Position numbers and translations under genes: made by a program. A stretch of 63,526 nucleotides of DNA, counting the filler, from Octopus bimaculoides (lineage: Eukaryota): assembly GCF_001194135.2 (NCBI RefSeq). It is 4 parts of 3 records of this genome, joined end to end, with 100 filler letters (N's around TTAATTAATTAA, not from the genome) between each part and the next. Parts side by side here need not be neighbours in the genome. Positions count along the whole stretch, not along the records: positions 52,112 to 63,526 come from NC_068983.1; 3 more parts are not named here. One strand, given 5' to 3'. Below the pieces are notes generated by a model that was given only the letters and a program-made list of their open reading frames with translations, was not told the DNA's origin and searched no databases. This document shows, one piece after another, positions 52,586 through 63,526 of this stretch; the stretch's first letter is position 1, and each line of letters starts with the position of its first letter.

Positions 52586-53250
52586 GTATGTATATACATG
52601 TACATGTGTGTGTATGTTTGTGTGTGTTTATGTGTATGCGTGTGCGTGTACGTGCGTGTGTGTGCGTGATTCTTGTATTCTACTTTTAATTTTAAGACGA
52701 CAGTGCCTGACTATAATGTTATTCGCCAGTTATTCCTCGCGGAGAAAATAACTGTTCAGAGAGCTAACTCTGTTTAGTGCATACTGGTATTGGTTTTATC
52801 GATTCCTGAAAAGACGGAAATCAACTAAATGTAATGTGTGAATGGCCTCCAATCGTAGGCATTTACTGTTCAGGAAGATTTTAAAAAAATAACAACAGTG
52901 TCAAAAAATAAGGACAAAGAGAGATTCTTTTTTCTTTTTTGCTTTTATTTAGTAAATTTTTCTATCAAGACCATTATCGAAGTTGTAGAAATGGAATGGT
53001 TACTACGGAATCATAACCAGGGTTTCGGTTTTGGTTTTGGTCTTGGTTTACCAAACGCTTACAAAGAGGTAATTATTATGCCCACTTAAATGTGGATGTT
53101 CTGTTAAAACAAACTACACTGCGGTAGTTACCATGAAAGAAACTCTCGCATGTGCTTTCTGGTGCAAAATGGACTCTTATTTATATCGCTACATGTCTCA
53201 AACGCTTACATGTACTCATCACGACGTTCATCCTTGGCACAAAGCTTAAT

Positions 53251-53335
<85 letters not shown>

Positions 53336-53376
53336 AAGACAGAAAGAAAGACAGAAAGAAAGAGATAGGTAGATAG

Positions 53377-53425
<49 letters not shown>

Positions 53426-53859
53426 ATGTTCATACTCTGCATTTCAGATGAGTTAAGTACATATGAGAATCGCAACCGTGTCGCAGAATCATTTCATACG
53501 AAGTCAACGCATTTCACTGAAGTGTTCCCCATTAAATTAATTATGCTATAGTTATCATTAGTTTCATCATATTTTTTTTTCACTTTCACACGGCTGCATA
53601 TGTTCTCTTACATTCTCAATTGACCCAAGTCACGGAGCCGTAGATATGTGTGTAGAGTAAGAAGGATTCACTAGCGTAAAATTTTCGAGAAAGTAGCCCC
53701 CTACTACAACAATGCCCTAGCTAATAGTGACTTTCAGGATAAATTAATATATAACCACTCTAATATTAATAATAATAATAATAATGATAATAATAATAAC
53801 AACAACAACAACAACTACAACAGCAACAGCAGCAGCAACAACAACAATAATAATAATAT

Positions 53860-54750
53860 ACCTAAAAATAGACCTTGGTTCACCCCTCTGTTTTCCCTTA
53901 ACGTAAAACCTAACATAGATAAAAGATTCTTGTCCCTCTTAGACGAACATTTTCCAGAAAATCACAGGTACAGGAAATATTTAACAGGCGCTCAGTGAAA
54001 TTATATACCTGCTGCCCCAATATGAAGAGATCATTACACGGGATCAACATAGAGTGCCCACTGTTATCGAGACCTAGGAACCTGTCTACTCGACCAGCGA
54101 TGCATGATTAAATCGATCACATGTGAGCGGAAGTTAACGCTAGATGGTAACACAACCGATAAGAAAAGCTGTATCGGACTATGTGAAGGAGAATTCAAAA
54201 ATCGCTATGCTAGTCACATACCTTCTTTCCGACACAGGGACAAAAGTAAAGCTAGTAAATTGGTTAGCCACGTATGGGATTTGAAATCGGACGTTACACC
54301 ACATACGATAAAATGGAAAATGGTCGAAAAATCAACACCATATATTAACGGGTCAAAAAATGTAAGCTATGCGTAGCTGAAAGAACTCAGATCCTTTTCA
54401 GATGTAAACTCACTACTGAACTCTAGATCTGAAATTTTGTTTCTATTGACAAATTGGAAAGTGCTTCTCTCACCGGATTGAATGACTGTACCATAGGCTC
54501 TAAGTTACTATCTTTTCAGTCTCATAATTTACGGCCTAAGGGAAATAACTCTTATTCCCCTCTTTTGCAAGTTTCTGCTTACTTTTTCGCTTTCCGTTTT
54601 TTAAACATTCCACTTTTTATATATACTTACTCTAGCCTTCACATGCTTTTTCTCTTGTCCTATTTTTAATTCGCTATGCTATGTGGCCAGTGTCTGATGA
54701 CTGTGCCCGGACACCAGGAGTGTTATAAAATACTGTTTGGCATGTTCTCA
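53860..54750 (+). mobile_element. Penelope-like element 3' fragment (post-RT region, GIY-YIG endonuclease, 3' region)
   Basis: [28 protein letters not shown] (WFNPP-type), CIGLCEGEFKNRYASH, IKWKMV, CKLCVAE, LLNSRSE; frameshifted. Confidence 0.85.
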
Positions 54751-54805
54751 GAACATGAAAACTAACAGTAGCACATAAAAACATATATCGTGTTTGTTAA
54801 ACAAG

Positions 54806-54894
<89 letters not shown>

Positions 54895-55219
54895 TGATGG
54901 GAGTGTCTTGTAGTCCTAGAAAGCGGCTTCTGCAATTTCTCGTTGAACAACCTGCACAAATAATTTCCTTTACGTGAATAGTGGTATAAAGTATGTGCTG
55001 CAGATTAGCTCACTCCTCCCCCCATCGAATCAATATTGCCTGAATAGTTTCCGCCTGTCAAATCCACTCACAAGGTTTTGGTCAGCCCAAGGCTATAGTT
55101 GACGACACTCGCCGAAGGTGCCACGCAGTGGGACTGAACCCGGATCTATGTGGCTGGGAAGTAAGTTTCTTTCCACCCGTTCACGGCTGTGCTTATAGCC
55201 ATAGTCATAAATGAAACAC

Positions 55220-55765
55220 TTTTCTTCTTATACCTGCTCATGTAGTGTTAATGTGGGGTTTAACAACAACAAAATACCAGTCACACAACAGCGTTCATTT
55301 CCATAATCTCTACCGTCATTTTTATCTGGTTAACAATGCACCTAATTCGATTCTGCAGTAGATGTGGAGATGTTCAAATTGGTCCTCACTTTGGCTGGAA
55401 TATCTGTAAACAATAGATCGGTGGTTCATACCCTGTCATCGAGTCATCCTATTTGCGTGTAAAATGATTACCCTATTACGGCCGGTGTGGGACATCTGCA
55501 CCGTTAACAACAGCATCAAACCTACCAGCACTATTGCAACCGTGTCAATGAAGGAACTTCTATGTGGTCACTCGCCATGTTAGAAAGAATACCAAGTCAC
55601 ACTCAAGCCTCTTTCCAATATCTTAAAATGAAAATTATACATTGGATAATACGAACCAGAGTCCTACATGTCCAACAAACATAATGTGAGAGGCCAGGCT
55701 GGAATGTCTTTGATCATATGTCTACGCTATTCGGGTGACTTGGGGTTAAACAACAGCAGTAACAA
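55220..55765 (+). mobile_element. SINE-like interspersed repeat
   Basis: GGGGT(T)TAAACAACA tail motif seen twice; family not identified. Confidence 0.4.
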
Positions 55766-56417
55766 TATTCTTTCATACATCATTTCACTCAACAGCAACC
55801 ACCAGAGTCCCCCACCATCAGTATAACAACTACCACTACCACCACCACCACCACCACCACCACCACTAAAACTTTAACTCAGAAACTCTTTACAACAGGA
55901 GTGGAACAGAACAATCAAATTGTCTAACCACAGAATCGCTCATAACGATTAACCAGCTGCTTAATCTTTGAGTGTTCATTTATTTCACAATTGTATAGGG
56001 CACCATATTGCTTCTTTTCTCATTTCTTTCATTACCCCGCTTCTTTTACTCCTTCTTCCTCCCTATCTTAATTTCTTTTCTTTCTATCATCTTAATTCAA
56101 TATCATCGTCATATTATATCGTCAAATGAAGGAGTAAATCGTTCATTCGTTCTTTCTTCTGTTTTGTGTTTATTTTCTTGTGTTGTTTCTTCTATATGTG
56201 TTTTCTTCATTTTATTTATATCATTCAGATGTTTATTTCATTTTATTCTTAGACAAATCATCTTGATTTGTCTATCTGTCGTCTAACTCTCTATTTCTCC
56301 TTTCGTTGTTTCTTTTCCACTTTCAACGTATCGTCTTTCCTCTTCAATTTCTGCTTTATGGTTTTTCTATCAATTCTTGCCTTCTCTTTATTTCCATTAT
56401 TGGATCCTTAGTTTTTT

Positions 56418-56455
<38 letters not shown>

Positions 56456-56458
56456 TTC

Positions 56459-56512
<54 letters not shown>

Positions 56513-56821
56513 GTCACATACTCGCGTGCGTACTCACACACACACACATACACAGACACACACACACACACACACACACANNNNNNNNNNNNNNNNNNNN
56601 NNNNNNNNNNNNNNNNNNNNNNNNNNNNNNNNNNNNNNNNNNNNNNNNNNNNNNNNNNNNNNNNNNNNNNNNNNNNNNNNNNNNNNNNNNNNNNNNNNNN
56701 NNNNNNNNNNNNNNNNNNNNNNNNNNNNNNNNNNNNNNNNNNNNNNNNNNNNNNNNNNNNNNNNNNNNNNNNNNNNNNNNNNNNNNNNNNNNNNNNNNNN
56801 NNNNNNNNNNNNNNNNNNNNN

Positions 56822-56871
<50 letters not shown>

Positions 56872-57513
56872 ACACACTCACAGAGTTATTCAGTTCTATA
56901 TTTTAGTCCCTTTTCATTTCACTACTCCATATCTGATATTTTAATTTTTCCCTTGCGTCTTTATTTCTTTCTTCATAACTTTCTTTTATCATTTGTTTTA
57001 TTCAGCATCGACATCCCAACGCAGAAAACTGTCCCATACAATACACAGCAGCCTACTCCGCAACTCACACGCACAGCCATATCACAAAACCTTCTCAGAG
57101 TCAACAAAACAATTAACAATTCAGTGTGAACAAGGAGAAACTGTTTAATTAAGATAATGTCAAAAAAAATAATATAAATAAATATAACTAAGAGACTCAC
57201 AAAAAAGGGCAAAACATTGCTTCAAACTCCCCAGATCTGTTGTCCCACCGCCACACCGACTCAGAATGTGTTTGATATGGAAATAGATGGTAATATCTGC
57301 GAAGATACAACGAAAATGACAATTACAAGACAAGTGCTTCTCATCAATCGTATGTGTGACTTTGTGTGTATATGTTTGTGAGTTAGTGTCAGTATATTTT
57401 ATGCCTGCGCGTGTCTGCTGGTGCGATGTATATGTGTATTGCCTGTGAATGAACATATGCGAATGTGTCTGTGTATGCATACATATGTATGTCTGTGTGC
57501 ACATATGTGTGTG

Positions 57514-57556
<43 letters not shown>

Positions 57557-57566
57557 NNNNNNNNNN

Positions 57567-57615
<49 letters not shown>

Positions 57616-58299
57616 AAGTGCGTGCATGTGAGTGTGTGTGTTTCCCTAAATGTTTTAGTATGTTTCTGCATATGTGCATGTGTATGCATGCGTATGTGTC
57701 ATGTCAGTGTGTATGTATCTGAGTGATTGATAGGATATTATGTGTGGTAATGGGTGTGGTTGAGGGATTGCATTCCTTTTGTTTGGTAGAGGGTCGCAGG
57801 ATGATTTTTCACTGTTTCAAAGAAGATAAACCACAAAAGACGACGTCAAACATGACAGTTATAGACTGAATGACGTAAAGGAGAAGTGTTGAAGTGTAGT
57901 ATGCTATTGTGTTTTCTAATGGGCGGGAGAAGAGTGGAATTGTGTTATACTGATCTTGTTGCTGCTGCTCCTGTTGTTGTTGTTGTTGCTGATAATCAAA
58001 GTTCTCTTATCAAAGCCATTCCTACAGATATCATCCTGTTTTTCCTACGTACAGATAATCAAGAACCACACCCAGCGTGTCTATTTGTAAGACGGGAGGG
58101 TGTAGTATTGCGAGTTATTATGTGGTAGCAGAGTGGTGAAGTGTAATATGGTAAGATAATATGCAGGGTGGCGTTATAAAGTGTGGTATTAAGTAGTATA
58201 ATGTTGTGCTATGTGATGTGCTGTTCTGCAGCTGTTACAAGGTGTTGTGTGGTGAATGTTATGCATTTTGCATGCTGCAGGTTATAATTTAGCCCCTGG

Positions 58300-58955
58300 C
58301 CAGCTCACATCTCTGTCCAAAAGCGTTACAACCATGAACACTAGATCTAATATATATATGGGCTCTGCCGTCGGGCCTGAATAGAGCACGGAAATGGTAC
58401 GAACATGAACTAGATGGAGTCACCAAAAATGAAGAACATAAGATGCTGTGGAATTTTACAATCCAATGTGACTCCCTAATCGAGGCTCGGACACCAGATA
58501 TCGTGGTAGATAAAGTAAAAAATGAAACTAAGATCATAGATATTGCAATACCAGGAGTTGCGAGCATAAGCGACAGAGAACTAAAAAAGATTGAAAAGTA
58601 CAGACTACTAAGAGACGAAATGTCAAGAATTTGGACTATGAAGAGAATGTCTGTCATTCGAGTAGTTGTAGGGGAACTCGGAGTACTAACAACCAAGTTC
58701 GAGAAATATGCCAAAGGGATTGGAATTGGCACGGGAGCAGAGCAAGACCAAAAAATTGTTCTGCTGAAGATAGCTAGAATTTTGAGATAGGTACTTGGAT
58801 GTTGAATGCCTCCCACGATAATTAATAGCCAAATATCAGAGCTTATAATGTGCAGAAAGAGACCCTGTGAGATCTCTGGCAGCAGGCTGCTGCCCGCTTT
58901 CAGAGAATCTACCAGAACAAACAAGACCGAATGTTCTGAGAAATAAAACAAAATA
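58300..58955 (+). mobile_element. R4-clade LINE 3' fragment 1 (REL domain, 3'UTR)
   Basis: KWYEH...LWNFTIQCD...ARTPDIVVDK...IIDIAIPG...KIEKY...ARILR motifs. Confidence 0.9.
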
Positions 58956-59394
58956 ATCATTTCTACTATAGGCCCAAAGCCTGAAATTTTGGGGGAGGAG
59001 GTCAGTCGATTAGATCGACCCCAGTGCGCAACTGGTACTTAATTTATCGACCCCGAAAGGATGAAAGGCAAAGTCGACCTTGGTGGAATTTGAACTCAGA
59101 GCGGAGTGACGGGCGAAATACCGCAAAGCATTTCGTCCAGCGTGCTAATGATTCTTATTTCTTTATTGCCCACAAGGGGCTAAACATAGAGGGGACAAAC
59201 TAAGACAGACAAAGGGATTAAGTCGATTACATCGACCCCATGTGCGTAACTGGTACCTAATTTATCGACCCCGAAAGGATGAAAGGCAAAGTCGACCTCG
59301 GTGGAATTTGAACTCAGAACGTAACGGCAGACGAAATACCGCTAAGCATTTCGCCCGGCGTGCTAATGATTCTACCAGCTCGCCGCCTTAGAAG
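58956..59394 (-). mobile_element. SINE family B dimer with a 12-bp TSD
   Basis: Two head-to-tail monomers; TAAAACAAAATA at 58944-58955 and 59395-59406. Other family B copies: 380-455, 900-945(-), 5870-6045, 7655-7865(-), 12820-12920(-), 14640-14790, 15250-15390, 36070-36270, 41090-41165, 50650-50880(-). Confidence 0.88.
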
Positions 59395-59455
59395 TAAAAC
59401 AAAATAGCAACAACAACAACAAGAGCCCTCTGCATGGACAGTATATAGTTCGAAG

Positions 59456-60410
59456 AATTTTGGCCTTGATAAGTGTGCTAAAGCAACTTTCGTAAGAGGC
59501 AAGCTCAGACAAACAATTTCTATTAAATATGATATCGACGCTACCATCAAGGAGCTTGATCCAGACGAAAGTTATAAATACCCGGAGATAAACAAAGGAG
59601 ATGGTATACAACAAGCTACTTTGAAGGAAAAAGTAAGAAAGGAGTATAACGGGAGAATAAGACTCATACTAAAAACTGAACTCAACTCCAAAAATCGCAT
59701 CGAAGCCATTAACACACTGGCACTTCCAGTAGACCAATATAGTTTTAACATCACTAATTGCAATCTGACAGAGCTCCAACGCCTGGACAGGAAGGCAAGA
59801 AAACTACTGACATTTAAGAACATGCACCACCAAAAAGCAGAAGTAATGGGGGAAGAGGAATGATGCAGGTAGAACTGTGCTATAAGACCTCCACATTAGA
59901 AAAGAACAGGTACTTATCTAGTACAGAGGACTGGACGCTGCAGCTTGTGTGTAAACACGAAAGCAGCAAAGAATCACATTCTATTGTCAATGAAGCTTTC
60001 AAATTCGCAAGGGAACTTGGCATTAACCCTGAATTAGATGAAGAACCTGAAACCACTGCTACAAAACAAGCAAAAAGGATCAAGCTGAGTGCAAAAAAGA
60101 ACAAGCAGAGACAAATTGAAGAGCGGTGGAACCAGAAGCCTCTGCATGGACAGTATATACTTCGAAGCCGAAATGCTGATGTAGACCAAGCAACAACACA
60201 TCTGTGGCTGAGAAGCTCAGGACTGAAAGCAGAGACTGAAGGTTTCATATTGGCGGCACAAGATCAAAGCCTGCTTACAAAAAACTACCAGGCTAACATT
60301 CTTCAAAACGGTACTGAGCCTAAATGCAGATTTTGCGACACATTTGGCGAAACACTAGACCATCACGTCTCGGGATGTCCTGTACTGACACCAAAGGAAT
60401 GCAAAAATTG
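59456..60410 (+). mobile_element. R4-clade LINE fragment 2 (RT C-terminus to CCHC)
   Basis: FGLDKCAK, YSFN..W-type thumb, KPLHGQY, LKAETEGFILAAQDQ, CRFC...HHVSGC. Confidence 0.9.
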
Positions 60411-60419
60411 GATACGAAA

Positions 60420-63170
60420 GAAAATAACAAACAGAAGGTAAAGAATCATACTGGCGTAGATGAATTTGTGAGAAACAAAGCTAAAAAGACATTTAGGACA
60501 AGTTGATAGAGAAGAGGGGAATTGCAGAACGAAAGCATAAGAATATGCTGGAAAGAACATATAGAATAAGCGATAAAGGTTATGATGTGATATTGGAAGA
60601 ATTGAAACAAAGAGTAGTAGTAATCAAAGCAAAACTGGAAAGATATGACAATAGAAAAAGACGGTTCAGGCAAAACAGATTGTTTGAAGCAAATCAGAAG
60701 AAACTGTTTCAGGAACTAGATAGACAAATACACGTAATTATGATACGAAATGCAGAGGAGAGCAAGGCATTCGGGAAAGGGATCTGGGACTAAGCTGTAG
60801 AGCATAATGATGAAGCAGAATGGCTGCATGGAATCCAAGACAGGTTAAGAAATATAGAAGTCCAAGAAGACATAAAGATAACTACAGAAATGATAAAAAA
60901 GCAGTTAAGAAAATTTCCAAATTGGAAAGACACAGGACCGGATAGAATCCAATGTTATTGGATGAAGAAGCTGAAAGGTCACTATGAAAGGATGGCATAA
61001 CAGTTAGATGAATACTTGCAGGAAAATGCAGTACCCACTTGATGACAAAGGAAAAGACATTGCTATGTACCAAGGACCCTGAAAAAGGAAATATTGCATC
61101 GAAGTTTAGACCAATAACATGCCATCCGGTAGTGTGGAAATTAATGTCAGGTGCTTTGGCCGGTGAACCGTAGAGATACTTAGAAAAAGTGGGCTGCTAT
61201 CCATTGAACAGAAAGGGTGCCGGAAAAGGAACCGGGGAACGAATGATCAGCTCTTAATTGATAATATAATTATCAACTGCAAGAGAAGACATACAAACCT
61301 GAGCATGGCATGGGTTGACTATCGCAAAGCATACGATATAATACCACACTCCTGGATAATAAAAACAATGGAAATGTTTGGAGTAGCAGAGAATATGAGA
61401 AGCCTTATATGGGATAGCATGAAATAGTGGAGAACGGAATTGACAGCAGGGAAGCAAATACTAGGAGAAGTGAAAATAAAGAAAGAAATCTTCCAGGGGA
61501 ACAGTGTATCCCCACTGATATTCGTGCTGGAATGATCCCCTTGAGTGAAATACTAGAGAAAACAAAGTTGAGGTATGATCTGGGAAGAGGTAAGGGAAAA
61601 CTAAACCACATGCTATTTATGGACGACTTGGAGCTGTTCACAAAAACTGAGGCAGAACTAGACACTCTAATCCAGTCTGTGCGGATTTCCTCCAATGAAT
61701 TTAAGATGGAGTTTGGACTCTCAAAATGTGCTAAGATGGTGATGAGACGAGGAAAGCTTGCCAGGAGGCATATGGTTGCCAAATGGCGAAATGATGGAGG
61801 CAATTCAACCTCAATCCAGCTATAAATATCTGGGAATACTTGAGGCAGATGGAATCAAACACCACAACATGAAGGAAAAGACAAAAAGACAGTACCTGCA
61901 GCGAGTGAGAGAAGTATTGGCTTGAAAGCTGAATGCCAGAAACATAATTTCGTCAATAAAGTCGCGCGCAGTCGCAGTAGTTCGGTATGGCACTGGGACC
62001 CTGAAGTGGACAGAGGAGGAGCTAAAGGAGATGGACAAGAAGTCAAGAAAGCTCCTAATGATGCATGGAGCTCATCATCCACATACAGACACTGATTGCC
62101 TATAAATGAAGAGAGCAAACGGAAGAAGGAACTGATAAGTGTGGAAGACTGCGTGTGTATCGAACTCGAGAGTTTAATGATATACTTAGTCCAAAGTAAA
62201 GAAACCTTGCTAGAGACAGTTAAGAACGAAGGCGTATTGAGAGCAGAGTAAAAAGGGAAAACAAAGGAACAAGTACAAAAGGACATAAAGAAGAACTACA
62301 CAACAAAGGACTACTCAATCAATCCCATGTAGCCACAACAAAAATTGCTGGAGAAAATAGGTGGGATTGGCTGATGAAAGGAACCCTAAAAAAGGAGACC
62401 GAGAGCACTGTACTGGCAGCGCAGGACCAAGCTCTGGCCACGGACTTGTGGGCCAACTTGAGGAATGAGCAAGTGTCTCCGCTGCGCTGCATCTGCAATA
62501 GAGTGGATGAAACCATTGCCCATATCACAAACGAATGCCTTAGTCTTGCCCAAAACCACTATAAGTTGTGGTGATACGACCAGGTAGAGAAAGTGCTACA
62601 TTGGAAACTGCGACAAATGGGAGCTAGAGAGAGGCATGACGTGGAATAAGAACAAACCGCAGTGAGTGGCGGAGTAGGAGACTAGCAAAATCCTCTGGAT
62701 TACTAAATCCAAACAGATTAGGTGCTAGAGCATAACAGACCGGACCTAGTGGTGGTGGACAAGGTGCACCACACATGCTATATAGTTGACGTTGCATGCC
62801 CCTTTCACCCACGAATACGCAAGAAGGAAAGCGAAAAGATAGATAGATACAACCCTCTTAAGACACAAAAGATAGGCAAATACTACCCTCTTAAGTACGA
62901 AATAGACCGGCTATGGAAAGTGAAGAAGGTGACGATAGTGCCAATTATTGTTTGATCTTGGGAACAGTATTAGTAGGTACCAAGAGGAATATCAAGGAAA
63001 TTGGAATAGAGTGCCCAGTAGAACTGTTACAAAAGGTTTGCCTCCTTGGCACGGCCAGAGTAATCAGGAAAGTATTAAATAGCTGAAAATAACGAATGGC
63101 ATGGTGCCGTAGGCTGCAGGTAGTAAACCCGCTACGCAAGCAAAACTCCAGCAACTGCAACAAAATCTTT
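60420..63170 (+). mobile_element. R4-clade LINE fragment 3: long, disrupted RT + CCHC + REL
   Basis: [71 protein letters not shown]; many stops and frameshifts. Confidence 0.92.
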
Positions 63171-63526
63171 AAAAAATGCTTTCTAATTGATGTATCAATA
63201 CCAGCAGATGACAACGTTTCTCTAAAAGAAATGGAAAAACTTTCAAAATACAAAGATCTGGAAATAGAGATAATTCGAATGTGGAATCTAAAAACAGAAA
63301 CAATTCCTATCATAGTAGGTGCCTTAGGTATAATAAAAAAATATTCAGACAAATACATAACAAAAATAGCAGGACTTACAAATATATATAACATACAGAA
63401 AATTGCACTACTGGGTACTGCACACATTCTACGCAAAACACTTTCAATACAGTAAACATAAGAGCACCACAGCAAACCACAGCACATACCCAAGGCGCAC
63501 AGAGCTGCGCTCGGTAGTGAAGTGAA
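63171..63526 (+). mobile_element. R4-clade LINE 3' fragment 4 (young family)
   Basis: CFLIDVSIPADDNVSLKEMEKLSKY...RKTLSIQ*; 2 aa differences from the 18 kb copy over the shared part. Confidence 0.9.

Overview
Eukaryotic, AT-rich, gap-rich draft genome sequence. The SINE families, heavy microsatellite load and repeat repertoire point to an octopus (inference). Three 100-bp artificial spacers (44N-TTAATTAATTAA-44N) split the window into four blocks whose adjacency is not guaranteed. One gene is clearly recognisable: BET1L (GS15, Golgi Qc-SNARE) on the minus strand, with coding exons at 36354-36433, 35499-35555 and 33657-33824; its first exon was not found. A second, unidentified minus-strand gene is suggested by three phase-compatible exons (50994-51040, 48373-48440, 43767-43931). 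Most listed ORFs are microsatellite or N-gap artefacts. The rest is SINEs, RTE, R4-clade and APE-type LINE fragments, mariner/Tc1 remnants, Helitron/Helentron ends and a Penelope-like fragment. Most interesting: (i) several short repeats carrying minimal hammerhead-ribozyme folds, one in sense within a BET1L intron and apparently inactivated by CpG decay; (ii) a Merlin-like palindromic MITE filled with head-to-head TTAGGG/CCCTAA repeats that mimics a telomere-fusion scar; (iii) a head-to-tail stack of R4-clade LINEs; (iv) a tandem duplication with a templated inversion. No CRISPR, rRNA or tRNA genes were seen.
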